Shown in pieces: positions 10,701-18,724 of a DNA stretch of 64,000 nt. Source of the stretch: a bacterium. GTDB taxonomy: Bacteria; Verrucomicrobiota; Verrucomicrobiia; Limisphaerales; UBA11358. How positions within the stretch are numbered: position 1 is the stretch's first letter; each line of letters starts with the position of its first letter. The notes below the pieces were generated by a model. The model made no database searches, was not told the DNA's origin, and was given only the letters and a program-made list of their open reading frames with translations. The stretch covers positions 9,524-73,523 of the forward strand of contig JAJXYT010000127.1 of the NCBI GenBank assembly GCA_021780375.1. The letters run 5' to 3'. A program made the position numbers and the translations under genes.

Positions 10701-12613
10701 CCGAGGGTTGGACTGGATCCAGTGCCGCTGATTTGAACGGCGCTCGTATAAGTGGCGTCCAAAGCGGCGCCGTTCAGCTCCAGGGTGCCGGTGCCGGAAA
10801 CCGTGGCCAGCGCGCCCGCCGGAGACCCCAAGGAGTGTAATACCAGGTTGGTGCCGGTCGAGTCGTAGCCGATCGCTAAAACGCCGTTACTGATGACGGT
10901 TCCACCCGAATAGGTGTTGGTGGTGGACAATGTTACTGTTCCGGCGCCGCCCTTGTTCAATGCCGTGGCCCCGGCGATCGTGCCTGACCCTGTCAAAGTG
11001 TAATTGCCGGAGGCATTAAAATTCACTTCAGCCGGATTAACGGTCACATTCAGCACCGGTTGGACGCCTGCGCCCAGGTCGGTGAAATTGTTCGTGTCAC
11101 CATCAAAAGAAACGTCGCTGCCGGCGCCGTTCAACCAGTTGGCAGTCGTATTAATGTCCCAAAGATTATTGACGCCGCCTTGCCAGACGAGATTTGCCGC
11201 CGAACCGCTGCTGGTCACCACCAATTGCACCTGCTTGCCCACATACTGCACGCTGTAAGACAAACTCCGGGTCTGCAGCGCGGCCACGTTGAAATTGGCC
11301 GGCGAGCCGCCCAACGTCCCGGTAACTGCGATCAAAATATACGTTCCCGGAGTCGGCGGGTTGTTGAGTTGGATACTGGTTACGCCGCTGGGTGAAAGGT
11401 TCCCGTCCACCATAATCATGTCGTTGGTTCCGCTCGAAAAGTCGCAGGACAACGTTGCGCCACCGCTCAAGGTCAGCGCACTCATCGCCAGATTCGCTGC
11501 GGCGCCTGCTCCACCCGGGCTGATCTTGCTGCCCGCGCCGGCCGTGACCGTTCCGGTTACCGTGCCGTTTCCCGCCAAAGTCTGGCCGCTGGCCAGGTTG
11601 AATCCTGCCGCCGAAGCGTCAAACGTTGCCGCGCTGCCCACCGTCACCGTATTGGAGCCAGCCAGCGCATTGGCGGCGCCTAAAATCAATGTGCCGCCAT
11701 TGGCCACCAGATTTCCGGTAAAGTTTGAAGCGTTTAAGGCGGAACCGAGTTGCACCAGGGTGCCGGCATTGGTCAAAGTCAAGGTGCCCCGCCCGCTCAG
11801 AGGCTCCGCGTTTGTCAGGATGATTCCCGAGGCGATGTCAAACCAACCCCCATTAGGCCCAATCGTTATGCCGCTGTTGGCATTGTTCAGACTAAAGCTG
11901 GCGGAAGGCCGCAAACCGCCATTGTCCAAAGTCAACTGGGCCGGATTAAAACTGGATGGATTGCCGCCCAGGTTGGCCTGGGAACCTACCTGAATGATTG
12001 TATTATTTATGGCAATTTGCGGACCGGTAAAAGCGGTGTTGTTTCCGGTATGAATAACCACGCCTTGCGCCGCCTGATGGAGCTGATTACTCCAAAACGG
12101 ATCTCCAGTGTAATTAGTCAATATCCCCGCACCAAACATGGTCGTCCCATTGGTGAGGGAGCGGTTGTCAGTGGAACTCGAATTTCCCGATCCCGTGTCC
12201 ATGGCGCCGCCGTTGGTGGGGACATACATGTTGCCAAGCACCGTGAAGGCCCCACCCTGGGCATTAACGACTCGCCCCATATTGGTCAAAGTGTTAACCG
12301 TCATCACGAGCGGATTGAGCTTTTGATAGAGCGCGCCACCAGGAGCAATCGTCAGTGAATCACCGGCAAAGGTTATGAAATTGGTTCCCGAGTTCGGACT
12401 TCTGATAATGTAAGGCCCGCTGAAGTAGTTATTGCCACTGGTCGGGGCTGCCCCTGAGTTCCAATGGCCTGCGGTGTTGAAAGAATGCTCTCCAAAGCCG
12501 TCGCTTGCGGTCATGGTCACGTCGGCAGCCATTGAGCTCATTGTCAGCGCCATTACGGTGAAAATAACGGCCGCGATTTTCTTTAGTACTCCGTCAAGGG
12601 TTTTGTGGTTCAT
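7733..12613 (-). CDS. Giant secreted autotransporter-associated beta-strand-repeat protein (adhesin-like), no beta-barrel domain
   Basis: 1626-aa ORF with a signal peptide (AAVIFTVMALTMSSMAADV). It has dozens of G/T/N-rich ~30-aa repeats with GTLTL.NAGT, G.G.L.K.G.GTLTL and N.Y.G.T.I..G.L signatures. The last ~70 aa form the FYR-ending domain (...AVFYRLRQ). Confidence 0.85.
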   Translation of the reverse strand: MNHKTLDGVLKKIAAVIFTVMALTMSSMAADVTMTASDGFGEHSFNTAGHWNSGAAPTSGNNYFSGPYIIRSPNSGTNFITFAGDSLTIAPGGALYQKLNPLVMTVNTLTNMGRVVNAQGGAFTVLGNMYVPTNGGAMDTGSGNSSSTDNRSLTNGTTMFGAGILTNYTGDPFWSNQLHQAAQGVVIHTGNNTAFTGPQIAINNTIIQVGSQANLGGNPSSFNPAQLTLDNGGLRPSASFSLNNANSGITIGPNGGWFDIASGIILTNAEPLSGRGTLTLTNAGTLVQLGSALNASNFTGNLVANGGTLILGAANALAGSNTVTVGSAATFDASAAGFNLASGQTLAGNGTVTGTVTAGAGSKISPGGAGAAANLAMSALTLSGGATLSCDFSSGTNDMIMVDGNLSPSGVTSIQLNNPPTPGTYILIAVTGTLGGSPANFNVAALQTRSLSYSVQYVGKQVQLVVTSSGSAANLVWQGGVNNLWDINTTANWLNGAGSDVSFDGDTNNFTDLGAGVQPVLNVTVNPAEVNFNASGNYTLTGSGTIAGATALNKGGAGTVTLSTTNTYSGGTVISNGVLAIGYDSTGTNLVLHSLGSPAGALATVSGTGTLELNGAALDATYTSAVQISGTGSSPTLGAIDNVGGGLTSGGGDTGIGTVALTGDATISASANWQIGNTGSGIVGNGHTLTKIGTNYLYLKHAAASPLGGLVISGGGVLFWDHADAAGSTATITLTNGGFIDTWNPLNGYQGLTFYNPIIVGGSGMIINYRTPYNHPDADIYNGPVTLNSTLTFSNVSYVASNQFNNQDSFGKITLNGNISGAGGITAIGGDLIALGSASPEVYGGNVVYLNGINTYGGPTIVTNLIWLYTSTASQGGGSYDVSDAGTLDVAVAPGHSTLSMTSLTLHIGNDPLLGYAGNIGFTRLAFMPSSPVIYATNLTINAGVILPPRAGYSIGQFPLIKYDGTIGGSGFGGLQLGTLPAGVTATLVNNTGNHTIDLNVTAAGIQWTGANSTAWDIGTQNWYDPASSSATTYADGQTVVFGDTATSYNVIVAQIVQPGGVTVNSTNNYYWTNSVGAGITGSGTLVKNGSGTLTIACTNNTFIGGTYINGGTIKLADQNYGYPYGGGALNNNLGNVTVANGGTLDINGVEVPNYQQYGPPGYNVLLSGSGVGGNGALVNSSTNNNDNADPGYVTLTGDATVGGVGDINIRHGGTPQMNSQSSAYTLTKLGTGQFRLRYVATVSTNFGPIDILGGIFSYESSSALGLGDPTKNILVGSGAGFAWGTPAAACVRPLMCSNNSTLYGYNITTNVFNSPVTLIGGNVNLNANFYHGMIFSNVLTGAGGVTVQYQSYVTFAAANTYSGDTIVVDCGSGPGSVLRLVGNGSINNSLNITLQGITTNQAFPGALDASGRTDGTLTLGSGQTLRGDNGSYVKGNVVANNGATISPGGGGNVQYMTFSNNLALSFGSTVAMDVSLDNGVSNDLINVVGTNSYAGTLQLANSGIAPLTNGASFKLFNNAHYSGNFATLSGSPGAGLAWNFNPATGIATVVAAAPSNPPISLSVSGNQLTLSWPSAYLGYTLQAQTNTLARGLWTNWVDVAGSSSSTQSVMTITSTNGAVFYRLRQ

Positions 12614-12725
12614 AACAACTTACGTGTATGGTGGTTGACGTTGACTGTCTCAACTAAAACACTCTTTCTACAATTAGGGACTGTTTGATCGTGAGAAGTT
12701 TATCTGGAAATCGGTCTCCGAAGCC

Positions 12726-12743
12726 ATACGACATATGTCGTAT
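12726..12743. promoter_or_regulatory. Operator-like palindrome ATACGAC-N4-GTCGTAT (copy 2, perfect)
   Basis: ATACGACatatGTCGTAT lies 113 nt upstream of the start of the 1626-aa gene. Confidence 0.45.
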
Positions 12744-12752
12744 TTTGATTTT

Positions 12753-15700
12753 TCAAGGCCCGATCTGAATCCTGTAAAAGCGCGCCGACTCATTTCGATT
12801 TGTGACGGTCAAGATAAACGGGGTCGAAGGCGAATTAGCCGTCTGCAACGATTGCCAATCCAACAGATTCGTTGAAGTCATAACCGTATAGTCAGGCCCG
12901 CTCGGACCGGTGATTGTCAAATTGAATGATGTCCCCGCATAGGGAACGAGGGAACTGATTGACGGCAGGCTGCTCAAGGGATTTACCGTTACGGCGAAAC
13001 TGTTCGTCGCGCTTAAACCCGGCGAGCCGTTGTCGGCCACCGCGACGGTGAATGAGTTTGTTGAGTCCGCCTGGCCGACGAGCGGACGCCAGGTAATCAG
13101 CGCGTTGGTTGAATTGAGCGTGACGAATGCGGCGTTGGTCGGCGCGGCCAGCAAAGCAAATGTCAGCGTTTGCGTCGGCAAATCCGGGTCGCCCGCAAAA
13201 TTGGTCACGAGCAGGGTCACACCGGCGTTGATGGTTGAATTCGCAACCGCCGCGAGCGTCGGCGGAGAATTTGGCGGAGAATTTGTTTGGCCGACAAATG
13301 TCACGACGCTTAAACCGGGCAGCGTGTAACTGAAGGTCGCGTTGGTCACGGCGACGTTGGCTTGAACGGCCAGCGAAACGTCCGGCGAAGTCATCCACGG
13401 CGTGAGCGCTCCGATGGGCGGGAAATCCTGGAGATTAAAGGTTGGCGTGAGCGCAATGCTGGTCGGGTTGATGGCGACGATGGTAAGCGCGGCGGAATTC
13501 GTGTTGCGATACGCCGTGACGAGCACCGCGCCGTTGAGGTTGGTCGCGCCAATGCGATGGTAGCCCGGGCGCACGAAGCGGCTGAATTGGGCCAGGACAA
13601 AGCCGCGCTTTTGCGGAATGCCGTGGCTGCTGAGGAGGCCGTTGATGTCCCCGATGCATTTCCACCAGAGATAGGCGCTCATGTTACCGGTCGCGAGGCA
13701 ATCGTGAATTTGCTGCGCGCTCTGGATTGCGGTGTTTATCGTCTGGTCGTTGATCAAATATTCCGTCATCCAGGTCGGGAGGCCTCGGTTGTGCGCGTTG
13801 GGGTAATCGGCAATCGTCCCGCCGTAAAGATGCCCTCCAACCAAGCCCACGTTCGTCACGGCCACTGGATCATTGAGGGTCGGGTCGGACAGCGTTGGGT
13901 CGAAGTGGAAGGATTCGGGCATCATGACCGGCGCGTTGGTAATGGCCGCGGCGTTGTTATGAAAGAAGGTTTGGAACTGCGTGGCTGTCCAGAGGCAGGA
14001 CTCGTAAGTGGCCAGGAAATCCGGCTCATTTTGAACTGAAACCGCGGCCAGGGGAGCGCGGTTGGACTTCATGTAGCCGGCGAAGGTATTCAGATAATTA
14101 GCGTAATTGGCATACTGGTTGGTCGCAAGTGACCCACCGACGGTATTGCTGTTGGTTTTCATGTTCGCGGGCGGAGTCCAGGGGGTGGCCAGAACCCCCG
14201 CCCCGCGCGCGACGGCTTGCTGGGCGTCGGAAAGACTGGTGGACCAGGCTGAAACATTGTTGGTCCAACTGTTGTTCGGCGCGATGCGCACCCGCAGTAA
14301 CGTCAGTCCGAGTTGATTCGCGTTGTTCGTGTTGAACAGCGTGTCCATGTTCGTGCCGGCGACGGGGTCGAGGCCGGAATCCAAAAACACTACGCCCGCG
14401 CCGAAGCCGTCAATGCGCTGGAGCACGTTTGTCCAGGTGATGGTGCAAGTTCCGGCGGCTGGCGGTGTGCCGTCCGTGCCGTTGTCGAGATCGGAAACGG
14501 TGTAAGTGAAACCGCTCAACCCGAAAACGAACGCGTCAAGGTCGAGACCGGTTTCGCGCCCGCCGATTTGAAACGTCTGAGTCAAATTTGTGCCGGGGAC
14601 AATGAAGGTCACGCCGGGTGTGACGAGTGAAAGGTCAATCCATTTCCAGACATTGGTCCCGGCAGTGCCACCGCCGGTGACGTTGTCGGTAGCATCGGTG
14701 AAACCGGTGTTGGCCAGGCCGTTGATTAAAATCCAACCGGAACTGTTCGTTGGATTTTTTATTCCGAAACCATTTCCATAAAACAGGCTGTCGTCGTTAA
14801 ATGCGCCGGCGCCGACTCGAACGTGTCCAAACAGATGGTACGTACCGGACGTGGGAAACGTGATGGTGTAGGTCGCTACGCGCATTGAATTGCTGGGAAT
14901 ATTTCCTGTGTCATCGGTCGTGATGGTGATATAAGCGGGCGCGGTGCTGTTGCTGACGGCCCAATTCGAACCAAGCGCGCCGGATTCGGCTTCGAACTTC
15001 ACCAGCGAAGCCGGAGATTGCGAATTTGTCGCAGATTGAAATTGCCAGGAATTGAAATTGAAAAGATTTGTCGGAGTGGCGCCGGTAAATTTCAGGTAAA
15101 GGTCGTGAACACCTTTCGCGCTGGCATACGTCACTCCGCATGACGCATTTGCCCAGGTCTGCCAACCACCCGTTGCCGGCACAGGACAGGTGCCAATCAA
15201 AGTTCCGGCGAGGCTGTCGAGATGCAGTTCGATATTTCCACCGGGACCGGCGCTGGCAATTCGCGCGGTGAAATTCGTCGCGCCCGCACTGGTGAAATCC
15301 ACGCCGCGCAGCATGATCCAATTGCCGTTCAAAATGTTTGTCACGTCCATCCCGCCTTCGCGGCACGGCCCGGTGTCAATGCCGCTGTCCTGCGCTATGG
15401 TTTCGGCTTCCACGCGGTGATAGGGATTCACATATTTCAATTGAGCGAGCCCGTTCGAGGTGCAGACGACCGTTGGCATGGTCCCATCGGCGTTGTAAAC
15501 GGCGCTGTCCAGACAGACGTTTCGTTTATAAGTCGTCGGTATTCCATTCAGCGCGGCAAGATACCGATTTTGATACACGACATATTCCGCGCTTTGAAAA
15601 GTGATAAATGCCGCGTGATTGTTGTTTCCATTGTTGGGAGCCTGCAACACGTTCCCGAGGTAAGTGAAACCCGACGTCGGACTGGTATTGGTCCCGTATT

Positions 15701-16418
15701 TTATCCATTCTCCCTGCGAACCACCTGTCTCATACGAAAAATAACAGGTCCCGTTGTGCTTGTGCATGTCAGAGGCTTCCAGAAAATACGGGACGGTTCC
15801 CCAGTTGGTCACCAGACCGAGGCTGACCATGTCGGAATTCAGCAAGGCCACCCGCGCATTATTCGAGTTGTTGCCTCCAAAATACAAATAAGCCTGGTTG
15901 CTTTCCATGAACACGCATGGATCGAAATACCATTGATTGGTGCCGGACGCGCCCGGCGTGCTGGAATTGATCAAGGCGCTTCCCCGGGCGTCCACAAAAG
16001 GACCCGTCGGGCTGGCATTGGTCGCAACGCCAATGCCACCGCCGGCATTGTTCCCGAAATACATGTAGAACAGACCGTTCCGGTAAATCACCGATGGCGC
16101 CCAGGAATAACTCGCCCACGAAGCATCGTCCGGCACGTTAAGAACCACGCCATGGTCGGTCCAGTTTTTCAGGTCGTCGGTCGAAATGCAGACAATCGAA
16201 TGCATCGCATAACCGCCGTTTGTCGAGTTGTCGTCGTCGTTTGAACAATAAACGTAAAGCTGGCCGTTGTACTCCAGCCCGTCCGGGTCGGCCAGATATC
16301 GGTGCCAGACCAATGGATAATCAGCAAAACCGACGGATGACATGCCAAGAATTACCAAGACGACTGGAGGAAAAAACAGGACACCCCTGCGACGATCATG
16401 AGGCTGCATGGTTGACAA
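12753..16418 (-). CDS. Multidomain glycoside hydrolase: GH43, CBM6, unassigned CBM-like domain, GH30, cadherin/Ig-like domain and FYR-ending C-terminal domain
   Basis: The GH43 five-bladed propeller is supported by YLADPDGLEYNGQLYVY and SWAPSVIYRNGLFYMYF. The CBM6-like block runs VEAE...GNWIML...GWQTW...NFNSWQF. GH30 is supported by ATPWTPPANMK, VSVQNEPDF and PTWMTEY. The Ig-like block runs PPTLAAV...FTVAVADNGSPGLS, and the protein ends in ARFYRIQIGP. Confidence 0.85.
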   Translation of the reverse strand: MSTMQPHDRRRGVLFFPPVVLVILGMSSVGFADYPLVWHRYLADPDGLEYNGQLYVYCSNDDDNSTNGGYAMHSIVCISTDDLKNWTDHGVVLNVPDDASWASYSWAPSVIYRNGLFYMYFGNNAGGGIGVATNASPTGPFVDARGSALINSSTPGASGTNQWYFDPCVFMESNQAYLYFGGNNSNNARVALLNSDMVSLGLVTNWGTVPYFLEASDMHKHNGTCYFSYETGGSQGEWIKYGTNTSPTSGFTYLGNVLQAPNNGNNNHAAFITFQSAEYVVYQNRYLAALNGIPTTYKRNVCLDSAVYNADGTMPTVVCTSNGLAQLKYVNPYHRVEAETIAQDSGIDTGPCREGGMDVTNILNGNWIMLRGVDFTSAGATNFTARIASAGPGGNIELHLDSLAGTLIGTCPVPATGGWQTWANASCGVTYASAKGVHDLYLKFTGATPTNLFNFNSWQFQSATNSQSPASLVKFEAESGALGSNWAVSNSTAPAYITITTDDTGNIPSNSMRVATYTITFPTSGTYHLFGHVRVGAGAFNDDSLFYGNGFGIKNPTNSSGWILINGLANTGFTDATDNVTGGGTAGTNVWKWIDLSLVTPGVTFIVPGTNLTQTFQIGGRETGLDLDAFVFGLSGFTYTVSDLDNGTDGTPPAAGTCTITWTNVLQRIDGFGAGVVFLDSGLDPVAGTNMDTLFNTNNANQLGLTLLRVRIAPNNSWTNNVSAWSTSLSDAQQAVARGAGVLATPWTPPANMKTNSNTVGGSLATNQYANYANYLNTFAGYMKSNRAPLAAVSVQNEPDFLATYESCLWTATQFQTFFHNNAAAITNAPVMMPESFHFDPTLSDPTLNDPVAVTNVGLVGGHLYGGTIADYPNAHNRGLPTWMTEYLINDQTINTAIQSAQQIHDCLATGNMSAYLWWKCIGDINGLLSSHGIPQKRGFVLAQFSRFVRPGYHRIGATNLNGAVLVTAYRNTNSAALTIVAINPTSIALTPTFNLQDFPPIGALTPWMTSPDVSLAVQANVAVTNATFSYTLPGLSVVTFVGQTNSPPNSPPTLAAVANSTINAGVTLLVTNFAGDPDLPTQTLTFALLAAPTNAAFVTLNSTNALITWRPLVGQADSTNSFTVAVADNGSPGLSATNSFAVTVNPLSSLPSISSLVPYAGTSFNLTITGPSGPDYTVMTSTNLLDWQSLQTANSPSTPFILTVTNRNESARFYRIQIGP

Positions 16419-16456
16419 ATTAATCGAAAGGTTACCACCTGTTTGTCATTGCGGCT

Positions 16457-16474
16457 ATACGACATACGTCGCAT
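16457..16474. promoter_or_regulatory. Operator-like palindrome (copy 3, one mismatch)
   Basis: ATACGACatacGTCGCAT lies 39 nt upstream of the GH43/GH30 start at 16418. Confidence 0.4.
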
Positions 16475-16620
16475 GGTCCGGGCAACACGCTCTGCTCCGC
16501 CACTTTTCCCAGGGTTCAATCCACGCCCCGTACGCACATGACTTTTGTTGGAACCCGGCCACAACAAGATTGGGGGTTGCCATTTTTTGAAATCGTTAAT
16601 CCCCCCGTGAAGCAATCAGG

Positions 16621-16638
16621 ATACGACGTTTGACGGAT
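16621..16638. promoter_or_regulatory. Degenerate copy of the operator-like palindrome
   Basis: ATACGACgtttGACGGAT has a perfect left half-site and two mismatches in the right half-site. It lies 98 nt upstream of the ROK regulator start. Confidence 0.2.
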
Positions 16639-16735
16639 TGTGGGTAAGAGGCCGCATAAGAATAATTGTACTCACTTAACGGGAATCACAATGACCATTC
16701 CCGCAGGCATATGAAGCCGGCCTTAGAGGATTTTT

Positions 16736-17947
16736 GTGCGTAAAATTGATCTGGTTAACTTTCAGGTGGCGACCAATGAAACCGCGCGCGAAATCAACAG
16801 TCGCGCCATGCTGAATCTGGTTCGCGAACACCAGCCAATATCCCGGGCAGACTTGATGCGGTACTCGGGCTTGCAACGCAGCACGGTATCGGTCATCACC
16901 GGGCAGTTGATTGCCGATCGCTGGCTGAAACAGGGGGCAACGGGACATTCGCCACGTGGCCGCAAGCCGGTCTTCCTGTGCCTCAATAGCGAACGTTGCG
17001 GGGTAGTGGGAGTGGATATCCAGCCGGACATCACGAGATTTGCGCTCGCCGATATTGACAACCGGTTTCTGGCTCAAGGATCCATACCAACGGAAAAGAA
17101 TCCGGAACAACTCGTTGCCCGGCTCGGCCGCCGGATCAATAATTTGCTCCAGGCGCATCCACACATTTCCTATGAAGGCGTCGGCATCAGCCTGCCCGGC
17201 CGCACGGATTCGTCGCCGCGACAGTTGATTTCTTCCCCTGCCTTGGGCTGGAGTGAAGTGGACTTGAGGTCAATGTTGGAACACAATGTGGGATTGCCGG
17301 TAGAACTGGAGAATGCCGCCAACGCGTGTGCGCTTGCCGAATTGTGGTCGGGACGACACCGGACCGGTGTGCATAACCTCGTAGCGGTGGTGGTGTCGGA
17401 TGAGATTGGGGTGGGCATGATCTTGAACGGCCGGTTGGTGCGCGGAGCAAATGGCACGGCCGGGGAATTTGGCCACGTCACACTCGTGCCGGACGGCTCC
17501 AAATGTCGCTGTGGCAACACCGGGTGCTGGGAGGTGCTGGCCTCTAATGCGGCCGCCGTGCGCTACTATTCCGAATCGGCTCCCGCCGGCAAAGGCAGCT
17601 CTGATCCGGCTGGCAACGCGGCTCGAATGTCGTTCAGTGATATTTTGCGGCTGGCGGACCGGAATGACTTCAGCGCCGGCAAAGCCTTGAATCGCATGGC
17701 GTATTACCTGGGTGCAGGGATTGCCATGCTGGTGACCGGATTGGCCCCGGATGTTTTAATCGTAGCAGGTGAAGTAACGCGAGCCTGGACAAGGGTGTGG
17801 CCGATTGTGGCCGACGCGGTCAAATGCCACGCCCATTCCTGTGCCGCTACCAGGATTGTAGCAGCTGACCCGGAGTCACCAGTGCAGTTGCGAGGCGCCA
17901 TCGCCCTGGTCCTCCGAAAACATTTCGATTCTCCGCTGATGGGATGA
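16736..17947 (+). CDS. ROK-family transcriptional regulator (NagC/XylR-like)
   Basis: GTG start. The N-terminal winged HTH is REINSRAMLNLVREHQPISRADLMRYSGLQRSTVSVITGQLI. The ROK zinc motif GEFGHVTLVPDGSKCRCGNTGCWE is present. Confidence 0.9.
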   Translation: MRKIDLVNFQVATNETAREINSRAMLNLVREHQPISRADLMRYSGLQRSTVSVITGQLIADRWLKQGATGHSPRGRKPVFLCLNSERCGVVGVDIQPDITRFALADIDNRFLAQGSIPTEKNPEQLVARLGRRINNLLQAHPHISYEGVGISLPGRTDSSPRQLISSPALGWSEVDLRSMLEHNVGLPVELENAANACALAELWSGRHRTGVHNLVAVVVSDEIGVGMILNGRLVRGANGTAGEFGHVTLVPDGSKCRCGNTGCWEVLASNAAAVRYYSESAPAGKGSSDPAGNAARMSFSDILRLADRNDFSAGKALNRMAYYLGAGIAMLVTGLAPDVLIVAGEVTRAWTRVWPIVADAVKCHAHSCAATRIVAADPESPVQLRGAIALVLRKHFDSPLMG

Positions 17948-17994
17948 GAACAAACCAATAAAATCAGCCATCATTCATTCTCGCCTGGACTTCA

Positions 17995-18582
17995 ATGAAC
18001 ACCGTCGAAACTGAATCAACTGCCCTGGCCGTACCGGATCGCGCCGGCTTTCAAATTAATTCCCGCGAACTGGAAACCATTTTCAAAATCGAGGAAAGCG
18101 TTGTGTACATGTTGCGTCACCTGAACAGGCCGTTACAGGTTGCGACGCTGGCCGCTCGAGTGGATCTCTCCAAATCCCACTTCACTGCTTTGTTCAAACG
18201 CTATGTCGGCGGCACGCCCATTGACTACTTTATCCGGCTGCGCCTGCGACAAGCCTGCCGTTTGTTGGAAGATACCCGGATGAGCGTGAAAGAAATCGGC
18301 TACACGCTGGGTTATGACGATCCCTTTTACTTTTCGCGAATCTTTAAATCCTTTAACCAAATCGCGCCAAGCCAATATCGCCTGCGAAAGCGTAAAACCG
18401 AGGAAGCGCCTCGGCGAATTCTGGCCGGCTGCGCCTGTTCCCGGTTTATGCCTGTTGAAAACGGCCTTCGAAATGCAATCCCTTCCGGCCCGGGCCCCAC
18501 AGGCAGTGAAGACCTCTGCCAACCTTCGCGCACTTTGTCTGAAAGTGAGGTTCGGCGAATGACCCGCCTGCGGCACCGCTGA
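17995..18582 (+). CDS. AraC-family HTH transcriptional regulator (DNA-binding domain plus a short tail, no obvious sensor domain)
   Basis: LATLAARVDLSKSHFTALFKRYVGGTPIDYFIRLRLRQACRLLEDTRMSVKEIGYTLGYDDPFYFSRIFKSFNQIAPSQYR is a typical double-HTH AraC domain. Confidence 0.85.
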   Translation: MNTVETESTALAVPDRAGFQINSRELETIFKIEESVVYMLRHLNRPLQVATLAARVDLSKSHFTALFKRYVGGTPIDYFIRLRLRQACRLLEDTRMSVKEIGYTLGYDDPFYFSRIFKSFNQIAPSQYRLRKRKTEEAPRRILAGCACSRFMPVENGLRNAIPSGPGPTGSEDLCQPSRTLSESEVRRMTRLRHR

Positions 18583-18724
18583 CTTATTAAGTCGGCTTTG
18601 CACTGTTTCGTGGTGGTTTAAAACTCGCTACCGAACGTGGTCATCGGGCAGTCCGGCAACAGCCGCGTCATCTCATCCATCACCAGTTGGCCTGTCCGGG
18701 TGATGTGACTTGGATCGCCATGAT

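Noticed and set aside
8139-12358. Numerous 60-400-aa plus-strand ORFs (e.g. 9629-10840, 11289-11993, 11750-12358) inside the 1626-aa gene
   Set aside because: These are shadow ORFs in GC-rich repeat DNA. They overlap each other in different frames, are rich in Arg/Gly/Val/Pro, and none has a start context or a motif.
15222-16244. 340-aa plus-strand ORF opposite the GH43 domain
   Set aside because: It is antisense to a region with unambiguous GH43 and CBM6 motifs, and it shows no motifs and shadow-type composition.
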